Translations under genes and position numbers: made by a program
Shown here: in pieces, positions 17,953 to 28,096 of the stretch
How positions within the stretch are numbered: position 1 is the stretch's first letter
Layout of the letters: the number at the start of each line of letters is the position of its first letter
The notes under the pieces: model-generated
Seen by the model: only the letters and a program-made list of their open reading frames with translations
Database searches by the model: none
Told to the model about the DNA's origin: nothing
Source: Candidatus Dormiibacterota bacterium
Lineage (GTDB): Bacteria > Chloroflexota > Dormibacteria > Aeolococcales > Aeolococcaceae
Assembly (NCBI GenBank): GCA_963823765.1
Contig: CAWGML010000001.1
Coordinates: forward strand, 131,642 to 195,641
Length of the DNA stretch: 64,000 nt
Direction of reading: 5' to 3'

Positions 17953-19813
17953 GTGCGCCATCGCAGCTATCGGCGGCGACATCTCGCCGCATTGACATCG
18001 GGGATCGCCATCCTGGGGGCGGTCGCCACGGGACTGACCAGCCAGCAACCGGCGCGTGCCAGCACCGCGCCGTCCAAGGTGACGTTCACCTCGCAGCGGG
18101 CCGATGCCGACGTCGTGGCGCACTACACCGTCACACCCGCGTCGCGCGCGGCCGTTCCTCCGGCCACCAGCTCGAGCAACAGCGGCAGCCAGGACCAGCT
18201 CCCTGACCGCAACCCGAAGGGCCCGGGCAGTGACAACGCAGCCCGGACATCGGGGTCCGCCGCCACCACCGCCATCTCGAAGGGCGCCGGTAGCACGGCG
18301 CGGCTCGCTGCCAGCTTCATGGGCCAGCAGGGGTCGAACACCACCTGTTCGTACTTTGCGCAGGGCTGCAACCCTCCCGACCAGGGCCTGGCCGCGTCCC
18401 CGAACTTCGTCCTCCAGGGGGTCAACACCCAGTGGGAGGTGCTCAGTCCCTCCGGGCAGGTGCAGTCGGGGTTCCCCGTCTCTGGACAGGCATTCTTCGG
18501 GGTGCCGAATGTGACCGGCGCCAACGGCCAGCCCTGTGATGTCAGCCACGGCAGCCAGCCTTTCCTCAGCGATCCGCGCGCCGTGTACGACACCCTCGAC
18601 CACCGCTTCATCGCGTCCATGCTCCAGGTGGAGAACGGCCTCGGCATCGCTCCGGACTGCGTCTTCAAGTCGGTGTACTACATCGCGGTGAGCCAGACGA
18701 ACGACCCGACGGGCTCGTGGAACGTCTACGAGTTCGACATGTCCGATGGCAGCACCTACGCCGCCGACTACACGCAGATCGGCTTCAACGGGCAGGCGGT
18801 GTTCTTCTCCGCGAACATGTTCAACTCAGCCGGTCCGGGCTTCTACGCCGAGGTGTTCGAGGCCAACCTCTCCCAGATGGAGAAGGGCACGGACAACTTC
18901 GTGGCCGACGGCTTCCGGCACATCCAGGGCACGGGCCCCGGCACCAACCAGAACACCGGTCCGTTCCTCGCTGACACGGTCCAGCCCGTCCAGACCATCC
19001 AGGGCACCGGTTCCTCGCCCGGCGGCATCTCCTCGACCGGCGTCTTCGTGTCCACCGACGACGGCCCGGACCTGCTCAACGGGCACTTCTGCAGCAGCGC
19101 GGCCGATGCCTGCCGGGGTCTGATCGTGTGGAACATGAGCAACCCAGCTGGCGCATGACAACGGTGGCCAGGCGCCCACCTTCACTGGGACGTATCTCGC
19201 GGACACGCAGCCGTTCTTCTTCCCGCCCGCGGCCGACGAGCCCACCTGCCGCGCCTGCGTGGACGCGTTCGACCTGCGCATCTCCGCAACCCCGGTCCTC
19301 AGGAACAACACCATCTACGCGGCTTGGGAGACAGGGCTCGACAACGGGACGCACGTGGTGCCCGCCATCGAGTGGGCGCAGACGCGCGCCTTCCCGGCCG
19401 ACGATGCGACGGTGACCAGCAACTACTTCGGCTTCTCGGGGGACACCGCGGCCAGCTACCCGGCGCTGATGCCCGACAACGAGGGCAACGTGGTCATGGT
19501 GTACGAGCGCATGGGCCACACCATCAACCCGGAGACGCGGTACACCGTGCGCGATGCCGGCAGCGCCAACTTCACCTCCGAGGGGCGGCTGCTGCACGCG
19601 GGACAGGCCTCCTACAGGCCCAGGCTGTGCGGCACGTCGACGCTTCCCGTGTGCCGCTGGGGCGACTTCGAGGCGACGTCGTTCGACGGGAGTGGACGCA
19701 TCTGGTTCGCAGGTGAGTACACCAACAGCCACACCGACCCCAACCGGGGGCCTTGGTTCGGCCGCAACTGGAGCACCTGGATCGGCGCGGTCGACGCCAA
19801 CGAGGCCAGCTGA
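17953..19813 (+). CDS. secreted propeller/sialidase-like protein (paralogue of 4685..6721); frame broken near 19139-19156
   Basis: GTG at 17953 follows a GGGGAGG Shine-Dalgarno. Signal region RRRHLAALTSGIAILGAVATGLTSQQPARA. The protein continues after ..VWNMSNP in the frame of ORF 19259..19813 (..LAHDNGGQAPTFTGTYL..CRWGDFEATSFDG). Confidence 0.7.
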
Positions 19814-20007
19814 CCGAGCCAGCTCTCTGACAAACGCGCAGAGGGCGGGGCGCCGCGTGCGCCCTGCCCTCGCTGTGCGCGCGAGGATGCAACGGGTCGT
19901 ACGACCAAGGTCGGCTACTCGCTGCGACGCAGCCCACCCATGATGCGGAGGTGACCGTCGGCGTCCCGGCGGATGCCCGGCGAATGGTTGTCAGGGGGAA
20001 CGTCGCG

Positions 20008-20433
20008 ATGAGAAGGGGTCGTTCAGCGGCTGCTGCGGTGGTCGCGGTCACCGGTCTCGCCATCCTGGCCGCCCAGTCGGCCGTGGCTGCCAGGCCCGCA
20101 GCCGCGGCCATGGCCAACAAGAGCGTCAGCATCGTGCCCAGCAGCAGCACTTGCTCGCACCTGTTCTGCTTTCAGCCGACGAGGGTGAAGGTCGCCGCCG
20201 GCAACAGCGTGACCTGGACGAACCACACCGGTGTCACCCACACCATCACCCGGTGCACGCCCTCCGCGTGCTCCGGCCATGGCGGTGGCACGGGGACGGA
20301 CACGGGATTCGGCGACCCGGGTCTGTCGCCCAACCAGCAGTACACGTTCACCTTCCATGGGCCCGGCAGCTACGTGTACTACTGCGCCATCCACGGCTAC
20401 GCGACGATGCACGGCAAGGTCACCGTCCCCTGA
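20008..20433 (+). CDS. secreted cupredoxin (plastocyanin/azurin-like type-1 copper protein)
   Basis: Signal peptide MRRGRSAAAAVVAVTGLAILAAQSAVAA. The ligand pattern is H (TWTNHTGVTH) followed by YYCAIHGYATMHG (Cys-x2-His-x4-Met). Confidence 0.8.
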   Translation: MRRGRSAAAAVVAVTGLAILAAQSAVAARPAAAAMANKSVSIVPSSSTCSHLFCFQPTRVKVAAGNSVTWTNHTGVTHTITRCTPSACSGHGGGTGTDTGFGDPGLSPNQQYTFTFHGPGSYVYYCAIHGYATMHGKVTVP

Positions 20434-20477
20434 GAGTCGACCGCGCGGGTCGCGTTCGTCGCCTTCGGCCCACCGAC

Positions 20478-20891
20478 GTGGAGCGGTGGCGAGAGCTGTG
20501 GCAGGGGTACATCTCGTTCTACCGTGCTGAGATACCCGACCCTGTCACCGAGGTGACCTTCGCGCGGCTCTGCGACGGTGGCGAGGGCATGCTCGGGCTC
20601 GTCGCCGTCGACCCTTCGGACACGCCGATCGGGCTTGCCCACCTCGTCTTCCACGGCTCGACGTGGAGCACCGCCGGGTACTGCTACCTCGAGGACCTGT
20701 ATGTCGACCCTGCCCAGCGGGGCGGTGGAGCGGCGCGAGCCCTGTTCGACGCGGTCTACGCCACCGCGCGCGAGCGCGGCGCGGAGCGCGTGTACTGGCA
20801 CACCCAGGCGTTCAACGGTGCGGCGAGGTCACTGTATGACACGGTCGGTCAGCTGACCTCGTTCATCGTGTACGAGCACGAGGTGAGCTGA
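20478..20891 (+). CDS. GNAT family N-acetyltransferase (start uncertain)
   Basis: Core sequence YCYLEDLYVDPAQRGGGAARALFDAVYATARERGAERVYWHTQAFNGAARSLYD. Conserved-looking residues (VRRLRPTDVERW) extend upstream of the first in-frame GTG at 20478. The true start is therefore unclear and may be CTG at 20430. Confidence 0.7.
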   Translation: MERWRELWQGYISFYRAEIPDPVTEVTFARLCDGGEGMLGLVAVDPSDTPIGLAHLVFHGSTWSTAGYCYLEDLYVDPAQRGGGAARALFDAVYATARERGAERVYWHTQAFNGAARSLYDTVGQLTSFIVYEHEVS

Positions 20892-20949
20892 CGGCGCGCT
20901 CCGCCGCGGAGCGCGCCGCCGGCAGCGACATAGGAGCAGCCGCGAGCGC

Positions 20950-22062
20950 TCAGACGGTCGGGTACCCAGCGGGTGGGACGGGCGCGGGACCGGTTCCCCG
21001 CTTGAACGCGCATCCACCCGTGCCGCCGTTGGCCTCGTTGCTCCACAACGGCTGGACGGCGAACATCTGGCTGCCGAATGGCAGGTCGGTGACGTTGAAA
21101 TACGCGCACTTGTCGCCGTTCTCCGACTGCGAGGCGTCGTTCCAGCCGTCCTGGTAGGGGAAGGTGTCCGGGTCGGTCACCGCCTCGGCGTACTCGTGGC
21201 CGGACGCCTCGCTGTACGGGTCCATGTAACCGTGGCCGAACGCGTCGTCCGTACGGTACCCGTAGTTGGCGCCACAGCCAGCTCCCTGTTCGGGGACGTA
21301 GGGCAGGAACGCGTACTTGAGACCGTTGCCGCCGACATTGGCGATCTCATTGTGGTAGGCGCAGTACACGGTGCCGTACGCGGTGGCCGTGGTGCCCGGA
21401 GGCGTGTACACGAACACGGTCGCGTCGGGGTCGATCGCCTTGGGGTTGAAATGAGTCGCGGCCTTCATCGCCTCCTGTGCGATGGGGTCCTGCGTGACCT
21501 GCTCGGCGAGACCGCTGGTGACGATGGCCGCCGGGACTGGGCTGGGGTCGATCCACACGCCCGCGAGGACCTTCCTCGTGTTGGTGACGTAGTGCGCGTA
21601 GGCGTTGCCTGCGCATGACGTGCTGCCGGAGCCGATGTTGTCGCAGTACTGGGTCTGCAGGCCGTTGTACTTGGTGCCGCCCATGCCCGCGAAGAAATCG
21701 TTGACATATGTCATCGCCTGCACATTGGTGTAGGTGAGCTGCGAGGTCGTGCTCGTCTGCGTGAAGCCGTTCTGCCAGGCGGCGCCCCAGTAGACGATGT
21801 ACACCTTGGGATGGTGCTCGACGGCGCCGGTGTGGAAGATCAGGTCGCTGGATGCCTCCTGCGGGGTGGGGGTGTTGGCGCGAGCCGCCGGGGGTGCGCC
21901 CGCGTTCGTCCAGAGGATGTGTGGCGCGCCCACCTGGGGCGTCGCCGCGCTTGCCGACACTGACAGCGCGCCCTGTGTGGCGCCGAGCACCAGCCCGGCA
22001 GTCACGGAGACCAGGGCGAGCCCGCGAAGTGCCCGTCGTTGGGCAGGGACGTGCGTGACCAC
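20950..22062 (-). CDS. secreted hypothetical protein
   Basis: 370 aa with a GTG start. Signal peptide LRGLALVSVTAGLVLGATQGALSVSASA. Distinctive motifs: KVYIVYWGAAWQ, YCAYHN, SGHEYAEAVTDP, WNDASQSENGDKC. No family recognised. Confidence 0.65.
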   Translation of the reverse strand: MVTHVPAQRRALRGLALVSVTAGLVLGATQGALSVSASAATPQVGAPHILWTNAGAPPAARANTPTPQEASSDLIFHTGAVEHHPKVYIVYWGAAWQNGFTQTSTTSQLTYTNVQAMTYVNDFFAGMGGTKYNGLQTQYCDNIGSGSTSCAGNAYAHYVTNTRKVLAGVWIDPSPVPAAIVTSGLAEQVTQDPIAQEAMKAATHFNPKAIDPDATVFVYTPPGTTATAYGTVYCAYHNEIANVGGNGLKYAFLPYVPEQGAGCGANYGYRTDDAFGHGYMDPYSEASGHEYAEAVTDPDTFPYQDGWNDASQSENGDKCAYFNVTDLPFGSQMFAVQPLWSNEANGGTGGCAFKRGTGPAPVPPAGYPTV

Positions 22063-22177
22063 AGTTCGGATGCCTCCATTCAGAGAGACGCGGACGTGGT
22101 GTCCACGTGCCTATCCGAACGTCTCCACGCCGAGAAACTTGCGGTGGGCCTCCGGGGCGCCCCCGATCGGCCTGGAG

Positions 22178-22387
22178 CTACCGCGGACCGCGCGCCTCGG
22201 TGATGGCTCGCACCACGTCCGGGGAGCTCGCCACCTCATCCTTGTGTCGCGTGCACAGGGGGATGAAGGCCGAGTGGACCCCGAGCTTGCTCAGGACGTA
22301 ATGCGTGGCTGGTTGGTCGCAGTTCCTCGCCTCGCCGCCGTGCTCGGCCACCATGCACTGTGCCACCCCTCGTCCTCCTGCGCTCAT
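22178..22387 (-). CDS. possible small Cys/His-containing protein (69 aa)
   Basis: This is the only ORF in the 424-nt gap between divergent genes. It contains C..H..C..H..C..H. There is no other support. Confidence 0.25.
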   Translation of the reverse strand: MSAGGRGVAQCMVAEHGGEARNCDQPATHYVLSKLGVHSAFIPLCTRHKDEVASSPDVVRAITEARGPR

Positions 22388-22486
22388 CGGGCCCTGCCGG
22401 GTGCATGGAAGGCTACTCCCCGGCGCCGTCGCACGCTAGGATTCCAGGTGCGCTGAGCGGCTGGACAGGGGTGCCGGGAGACCAAG

Positions 22487-24246
22487 ATGAGAGGCAAGCA
22501 CGTGCTGACCAACCCCGGCGCTGGGCCCGTTCGCCGCACCACCTCCATCGCAGCCCTGTCCGCGGTGCTGATGGCGGTGAGCCTCGCCGTCCCGGCGGGC
22601 GCGAGCGCGACTCCGCCGGCCACCATCGCTGTCCCGTCCCTCGACTCCGCCCCGGTCGGCATCGCGGCCGGCCCGGGTGGAACGATGTGGTTCGTCGAGA
22701 ACACCGGGTTCGCCGTGGGACGGGTGGATTCCGCCGGGCACCTGACCGAGTTCGCCGTGCCCGCGAACTCGGCGGGGTCCCATGGATCACTCAACTCGAT
22801 CACTGCCGGCCCGGACGGCGCGATGTGGTTCACCGATGAGTCGTCCGCAAACCCGCGGGTGGGACGCATCGACCCTGCGAGCGGCGCCATGACCATGTAC
22901 GAGCTGCCCACGGGCGCCGGGGCCTTTGCCGGGGCGCAACCCCTGCAGATCACGGCCGGGTCCGACGGAGCCCTCTGGTTCACCGGGTTCTTCGGTTCAG
23001 TCATCGGCCGTGTCGACGTCGCCGGTCACTTCACCGCGTACCCGCTGCGCAGGGGAGGTGACGTGCGCGGGATCACCGCCGGCCCGGACGGCGCCATCTG
23101 GTTCACCCAGGTGACCCCTGACGCCGTCGGCCGGCTTGACCCAACCACCGGAGCCGTCGTTCTGCACAAGGTCCACTCTCCGCTGGGGACGGCCGCCCCG
23201 ATCGGGATCGCCACCGGTCCGGACGGTGACCTGTGGTTCACCGAGTTCGGGCACCAGCGACATCGGCCGGCTCGACCCCGTCACCGGACACATCGCCACC
23301 ATCAAGACGCCCACCCCGGACGCCGTGCCGCTCGGGATCGTGAGCGGCCCGGACGGTGGCGTGTGGTTCACCGAGGGCGCGGCCGGGAACGTCGGCCGCA
23401 TCGATCCGGCCACGCGCAAGGTCCGGGAGTTTCCCCTGGGCAGCGCGCTCGCCGCGCCGATGCGCCTCGCCGTCGGCGCCGATCACGCGCTGTGGATCAG
23501 CGAGACCGGAGCCGACCTCATCGGCCGGGTCGACCCGGCGAACCCGCCAAGCGGGCCGGCGAACGTCCCCGTCGCTCCCGGTGTGGTCGCGCCCCCGTTT
23601 GCCGACCGGTGCCCGGCCGGCCGGCTGTGCATCACCCAGGTCACCACCGGCGGTTCGCTGACCATCAAGAGCTTCTCGCAGCAGCTGCCGCCGGGCGCCA
23701 TCCGGTTGACCGGGTATCCGTCCTTCCCACCCAACCCGGACGGGTCGCTGACCCTGCACCCGCCGGTGGTCGGCCAGGAGCTGGAGTTCGCAGCCGGTGC
23801 CGGTTTCGGGCGGGCTGCTGGGGACGATTCCTCTGCTCGGGCCCATCGTCGGGCCCGTTGTCGGACCCGCCAACGATCTCTCCGTGAGCCTCACCCTGGC
23901 CGGGCCGGTCCACCTGACTCTCACCCCCCTGGGCGCCACCGTCCCGGTGACGCTGCACCTCAACAACGTCCTGCTCGGGACCAATTGCACGATCGGGCCG
24001 GTGATCCAGCACCTCCTGATCAGCCCCACCGCCGCCGGCCAGGCCGATCCGCCGATGAGCTGGTCCCCGACCCCGGTGGAGGCACGCGACAACACCTTCA
24101 GCGTCCCGGGCGCCCAGGGGTGCGGTGCCATCCCGGCCGTCTTCGACCCGGTGATCGACCTGCAGCTCGGACTGCCGTCGAGCTCGGGCAACAACGCGGC
24201 CGACCTGCCCGCGGTGCTGAGCCAGGGGAGCGGGGTGCACCCCTGA
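22487..24246 (+). CDS. secreted Vgb-like (virginiamycin B lyase-type) beta-propeller repeat protein; two frame breaks (23243-23249, 23784-23790)
   Basis: Signal region IAALSAVLMAVSLAVPAGASA. Repeats read GI.AGPDG..WFTE....IGR.D seven or more times. The reading passes from ORF 22487..23887 to ORF 23136..24320 and then to ORF 23797..24246. Confidence 0.75.
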
Positions 24247-24372
24247 TCGTTGGCGGGAGCTCGCCGCGCAAGCAAATCCCGTTGGTGCTCGTTATAGGTG
24301 GTGCGGGGAAGCCAAAATAGCGCCCTCGCCATCGGGTGAACGACAGAAGCGGTACGGAAGGATGGGGTGGAG

Positions 24373-26090
24373 ATGAAGCTCCTGCATCGGCGCGAGATGG
24401 TGCTCGCGGGCGTCGCGATCGCAGCGTTCAGCCTCAGCGGATTGATGGCGGCCCCGCCGCAGGTCGCAGCCGCGGCCACGAGCGACGACCCCGGCTTCAC
24501 GCTGGCTGACGTCGGCCCGTTCGGCGGGGAGCCCTCCTTGGTCTCCGACAACAAGGGCGTCCTGTACGACAGCACCCCGAGCGGCGGGGTCCTCGTGTAC
24601 AAGTCGACGACCCACGGGAAGACGTGGACGCAGACCACCACGCCCGACCCCAACAGCGGTGACACGTGTCTCGCCACCGACCAGTCCAACGCGCTGTACG
24701 CGTGCAACCTGGCGGGGAGCGAGGGGTCGCTGCCGCTGCAGGCCGACGTCTGGAAGTCCACCGACCACGGCACCACCTGGACACACGGCACCAGCGCCGT
24801 CCCGCAGTGTGGCAGCACCAGCTGCAACCCCCTGGGCGTCGACCGGCAGTGGACGGACGCGTCGACCCCACGGGCGGCACGACCAGGAACGCCGAGGTCG
24901 TGCTCATGTACCACGACTTCTACGGGCCCAGCCAGATCTGGGTGAACATCTCCCACGACGGCGGGGCCACGTTCGGCGCTCCTCAGGAGGTGCTGGCAGG
25001 GCCGGCGATCACGCCGGGCGCCGTGACCGGGACCCTCGTCGCCCAGGGCTACACGTTCTGCAACACGGTCCCGGCCCAGGTGAAGATCGTGCGCCCCGGC
25101 CTGCCTCACGCCGGGCGCATCTACGTCGCGTGGATCGCCGCCGACCTGGCGCAGAACGCCACCGGGTGCAACATCAGCATGCTCCAGTCCTTCCACACCC
25201 TGTGGGTGTCGTACTCGGACGACGACGGCGTCACCTGGACACCGCAGCAGGCGTTCGACGCTGGTGTCGGTCACGACGCCTCGACCCCCTTCGTCGGGTT
25301 CACCCTCGACAACCAGGGCAACCCGTACTTCGGCTTCGCGAACAAAACCTCAACGCCAACCCGGCGACCTGCGCAGCAGAATCGACGGCTGGAACCGTCC
25401 AGTCAGACCCGTCGTGTGAGTACAACATGTACGTGGTCTGGTCGCACGACGGTGGCGCCACGTGGGACGGCGGCGGCGGCACCGTGCCGGGCAGTGCCAA
25501 GACGCCCCTACCTGGCAAGTCCCGTCAAGCAGACCGGCACGGACTTCTTCCCGGCCATCGCCGCGGGGGACCCGGGCAGCGTGGCCGTCTCGTACCTGCA
25601 CACGTCCGAGATCCTGCCCACCGACCCGTTCGGCAAGGCCGACCCGGGCGGCTGCGCCGGCCCCGGCCCGGGCAACGGCAACCCGCCCACCTATCCACCG
25701 ACCTGCCAGTGGTACCTCATCGCGTCGCAGACGCGCAGCCTGACACGTGGCCCGGTGAAGGCCGACTGGGAGACAGCCAGGGTCACCAAGACACCGATGC
25801 ACATCGGGGACATCTGCAACCTCGGGATCGCCTGCGTGGCGCCGACCTCCAACCGCAACCTCCTCGACTTCATCTCCGAGACCCTGGATCCACGCGGGTG
25901 CAGCCACATCGCCTACGCGGACGACAACACCATCAACAAGCTCCGCATCGCCAACCAGACGTCGGGCCCGTGCCTGGTCAAGGCGCCGCTCCCCGCGGTC
26001 CAGAGCGCCGGCTTCGAGCCGCTGCCCCTGGTCGGCGGCCTCGCCCTCTGCGCCATCGGCTTCGGCCGCCGGCGCCGCAGGCCGACTTAG
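24373..26090 (+). pseudogene. BNR/sialidase-like secreted protein with a PEP-CTERM-like tail; three frame breaks (about 24855-24865, 25341-25348, 25505-25508)
   Basis: Signal peptide MKLLHRREMVLAGVAIAAFSLSGLMAAPPQVAAAA. BNR-like motifs STTHGKTW, STDHGTTW, SHDGGATF, SDDDGVTW and SHDGGATW are spread over three reading frames. Two of the breaks behave as deletions and none lies on the GAGTTC motif. It may therefore be a genuine pseudogene. Confidence 0.6.
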
Positions 26091-26695
26091 GAGTCCTGAC
26101 CGGGTCCCGGGAGCCAGGCCCCGAGCCGCCGCAGCCTTCGAAAGGTCGCGGGCGGCGGCTCGGGCACCGCTGTGACACCGCGCCGTCTGCGCAGCTCCAG
26201 CCTGAGGCTCTCCTCACCGCGGGCCATCGCCCAGCGGTGGTTGGCGGCAAAGGCCGGTCGGAGCAGCCAGGTGAGGCGCCGCAGCAGCGGCTTCTGGGCG
26301 CGGATCCGCCAGTCGTACGTGACCCGCACCTCAGGGCCCTCCTGCTCGAAGGTCCATCGACCGCTCCCGACGAAGTCGCCCGAGGCTCCGATCGCGAACC
26401 CCTCGTCCGTCACCGGCTCGATGCTGGTGATCCGCCAGCGCAGCGTGTAGGGCAACCAGCCTTTGGTCAGCAGCTCGACGACGCGGCCCGTCCCGTCAGG
26501 TCCGCCGGGGCGTACCTCGGCGACGTCGAGGTAGACCGAGGGCCACCACCGCGGCAGGGTGTCCGCGTCGCGGAGCACATCGGCGACCTCATGCGCTGAA
26601 CCCGCCACGTGCCAGACGGTGATGAAGTGGTAGTCGATGCTCACCTGCAGACGGTCCGAGCTGCGCTGATCGTTCGACGAGACATGAGAATGCAT
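26087..26695 (-). CDS. SRPBCC (START/polyketide cyclase-like) family protein
   Basis: Internal ATG of ORF 26087..27124. Sequence: HFITVWHVAGSAHEVADVLRDADTLPRWWPSVYLDVAEV...GWLPYTLRWRITSIEPVTDEGFAIGASGDFVGSGRWTFEQ. Confidence 0.75.
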   Translation of the reverse strand: MHSHVSSNDQRSSDRLQVSIDYHFITVWHVAGSAHEVADVLRDADTLPRWWPSVYLDVAEVRPGGPDGTGRVVELLTKGWLPYTLRWRITSIEPVTDEGFAIGASGDFVGSGRWTFEQEGPEVRVTYDWRIRAQKPLLRRLTWLLRPAFAANHRWAMARGEESLRLELRRRRGVTAVPEPPPATFRRLRRLGAWLPGPGQDS

Positions 26696-26900
26696 TCGAC
26701 CACGGCCGGGTGAGTTTTTCCAAGCCACCGCGGCGTCGCTCCTTTCTGCGCCTGACGTGTGACATGGACGATCACATGTTCCTGGCGTGTATCGCTGCAA
26801 CGCTTCTTGCCATCGGAAACCGCTTGGCGTACAAGGGCGTACACTGTCGTCAACTGTGCTGCGTCGATTGCACGCGGCCTCCGTTGGGAAGGGGATCCTC

Positions 26901-27977
26901 ATGCGACGTCTTGTCTTGCTTGCCGCGCCGATCGCGGTACTCGGGGGGTTGGCCGCCGGCGCCGGGCACGCCTTTGCCTCGACAACCGTGGGAACCACGA
27001 ACGTTTTTGTCTCGACGACCGGGAGCGATTCCAATCCGTGCACCAAACAGGCTCCCTGCGCGACGCTCCAGTACGCCGTCGACGCCGCGCCGGTCGGGGC
27101 CATCGTCCACGTCCTCGCGGGCACCTACCACCAGACCGTCAACCTCACCAAGCCCATTACCCTCGAGGGCGCGGGTGCCGCCAACACCATCATCGACGGA
27201 AGCCAGACCGATGAGATCAGCCTGGGCTACTACGCCGTCATCCAGGTCAGTAACAACGCGAGCGGCACCAACGGCAAGACCGACATCCACGGCCTGACTG
27301 TTCAGGGAGCATTCATCACGCCGGACGAGAGCAGCACCGATGGCGTCTCTCCAATGGACATCGCCGTGTACGAGGACGCGGCGAGCGCGGATACCGTCAA
27401 TGTCCACAACGTGACGCTCGGCCCGGTGGCTGACAACAGCTACTTCGGCATCGGCTTCTACACGCTTGGCGCGGCCGCCACGGTGGCGTTCACCGACAGC
27501 ACCGTGACCGGGAACTTCCAGGGAGCCCTTCTCGAAGGCAGCAGCGGCCCGGCGACGGTCAAGGCCGACCACTTCAGCGCCCTGGCCGGCACCGGCGGAT
27601 ACGCGGCCGAGGGTGTCTTCGTTCTCAGTGACACCTCCGGGACGAGCAATGCAACAGTCAACGGCAACACCTTCAGCGGCTACGCGGGAGACGGACTCGA
27701 CGCGGAGGCCGGGTACAGTGGAGGCAACTGCGGCGCGCCCAATCCACCATGCGGTGGCGATGTCAGCCTCACAGCAAACCATAACCAGTTCGCTCTGGGG
27801 GGGGCGTCGGGCTCGGCGGCGATCTACCTGATTGCCAACTCCGGCAACACGCTGACCGCGACCTTGACCTCCAACGGCGGCACGGTCACCGCGCCCACCG
27901 AAGGGATCGTGATCGACTCGCGCAGCGGGATCACGCACGTCACAGAGCACAGCAACCACATCACGCAGCACCCGTAA
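26901..27977 (+). CDS. secreted right-handed beta-helix (pectin-lyase-fold) protein
   Basis: Signal peptide MRRLVLLAAPIAVLGGLAAGAGHAFA. The N-terminal cap reads VFVSTTGSDSNPCTKQAPCATLQYAVDAAPVGAIVHVLAGTY and is followed by repetitive rungs. Confidence 0.75.
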   Translation: MRRLVLLAAPIAVLGGLAAGAGHAFASTTVGTTNVFVSTTGSDSNPCTKQAPCATLQYAVDAAPVGAIVHVLAGTYHQTVNLTKPITLEGAGAANTIIDGSQTDEISLGYYAVIQVSNNASGTNGKTDIHGLTVQGAFITPDESSTDGVSPMDIAVYEDAASADTVNVHNVTLGPVADNSYFGIGFYTLGAAATVAFTDSTVTGNFQGALLEGSSGPATVKADHFSALAGTGGYAAEGVFVLSDTSGTSNATVNGNTFSGYAGDGLDAEAGYSGGNCGAPNPPCGGDVSLTANHNQFALGGASGSAAIYLIANSGNTLTATLTSNGGTVTAPTEGIVIDSRSGITHVTEHSNHITQHP

Positions 27978-28096
27978 TCGAATCGAGACGCGCAGGGGGA
28001 CCGGGCCCGGCTCGGTCCCTCGCGTCGTCTCCGCCGGACGGTTTCCGTTCCCGGCCACGCCACGTCGGGCCGCGTGCCGGTAGCATCGGCAGGGCC

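Noticed and set aside
20151-20477. Upstream extension of the GNAT ORF to the ATG at 20151
   Set aside because: The extension lies entirely inside the cupredoxin gene in another frame and translates to His/Arg/Pro-rich nonsense. The real start must be near 20430-20478.
23238-25274. 678-aa ORF on the minus strand
   Set aside because: It is antisense to the Vgb-like and BNR genes and has no recognisable motifs. It is a GC-driven artefact.
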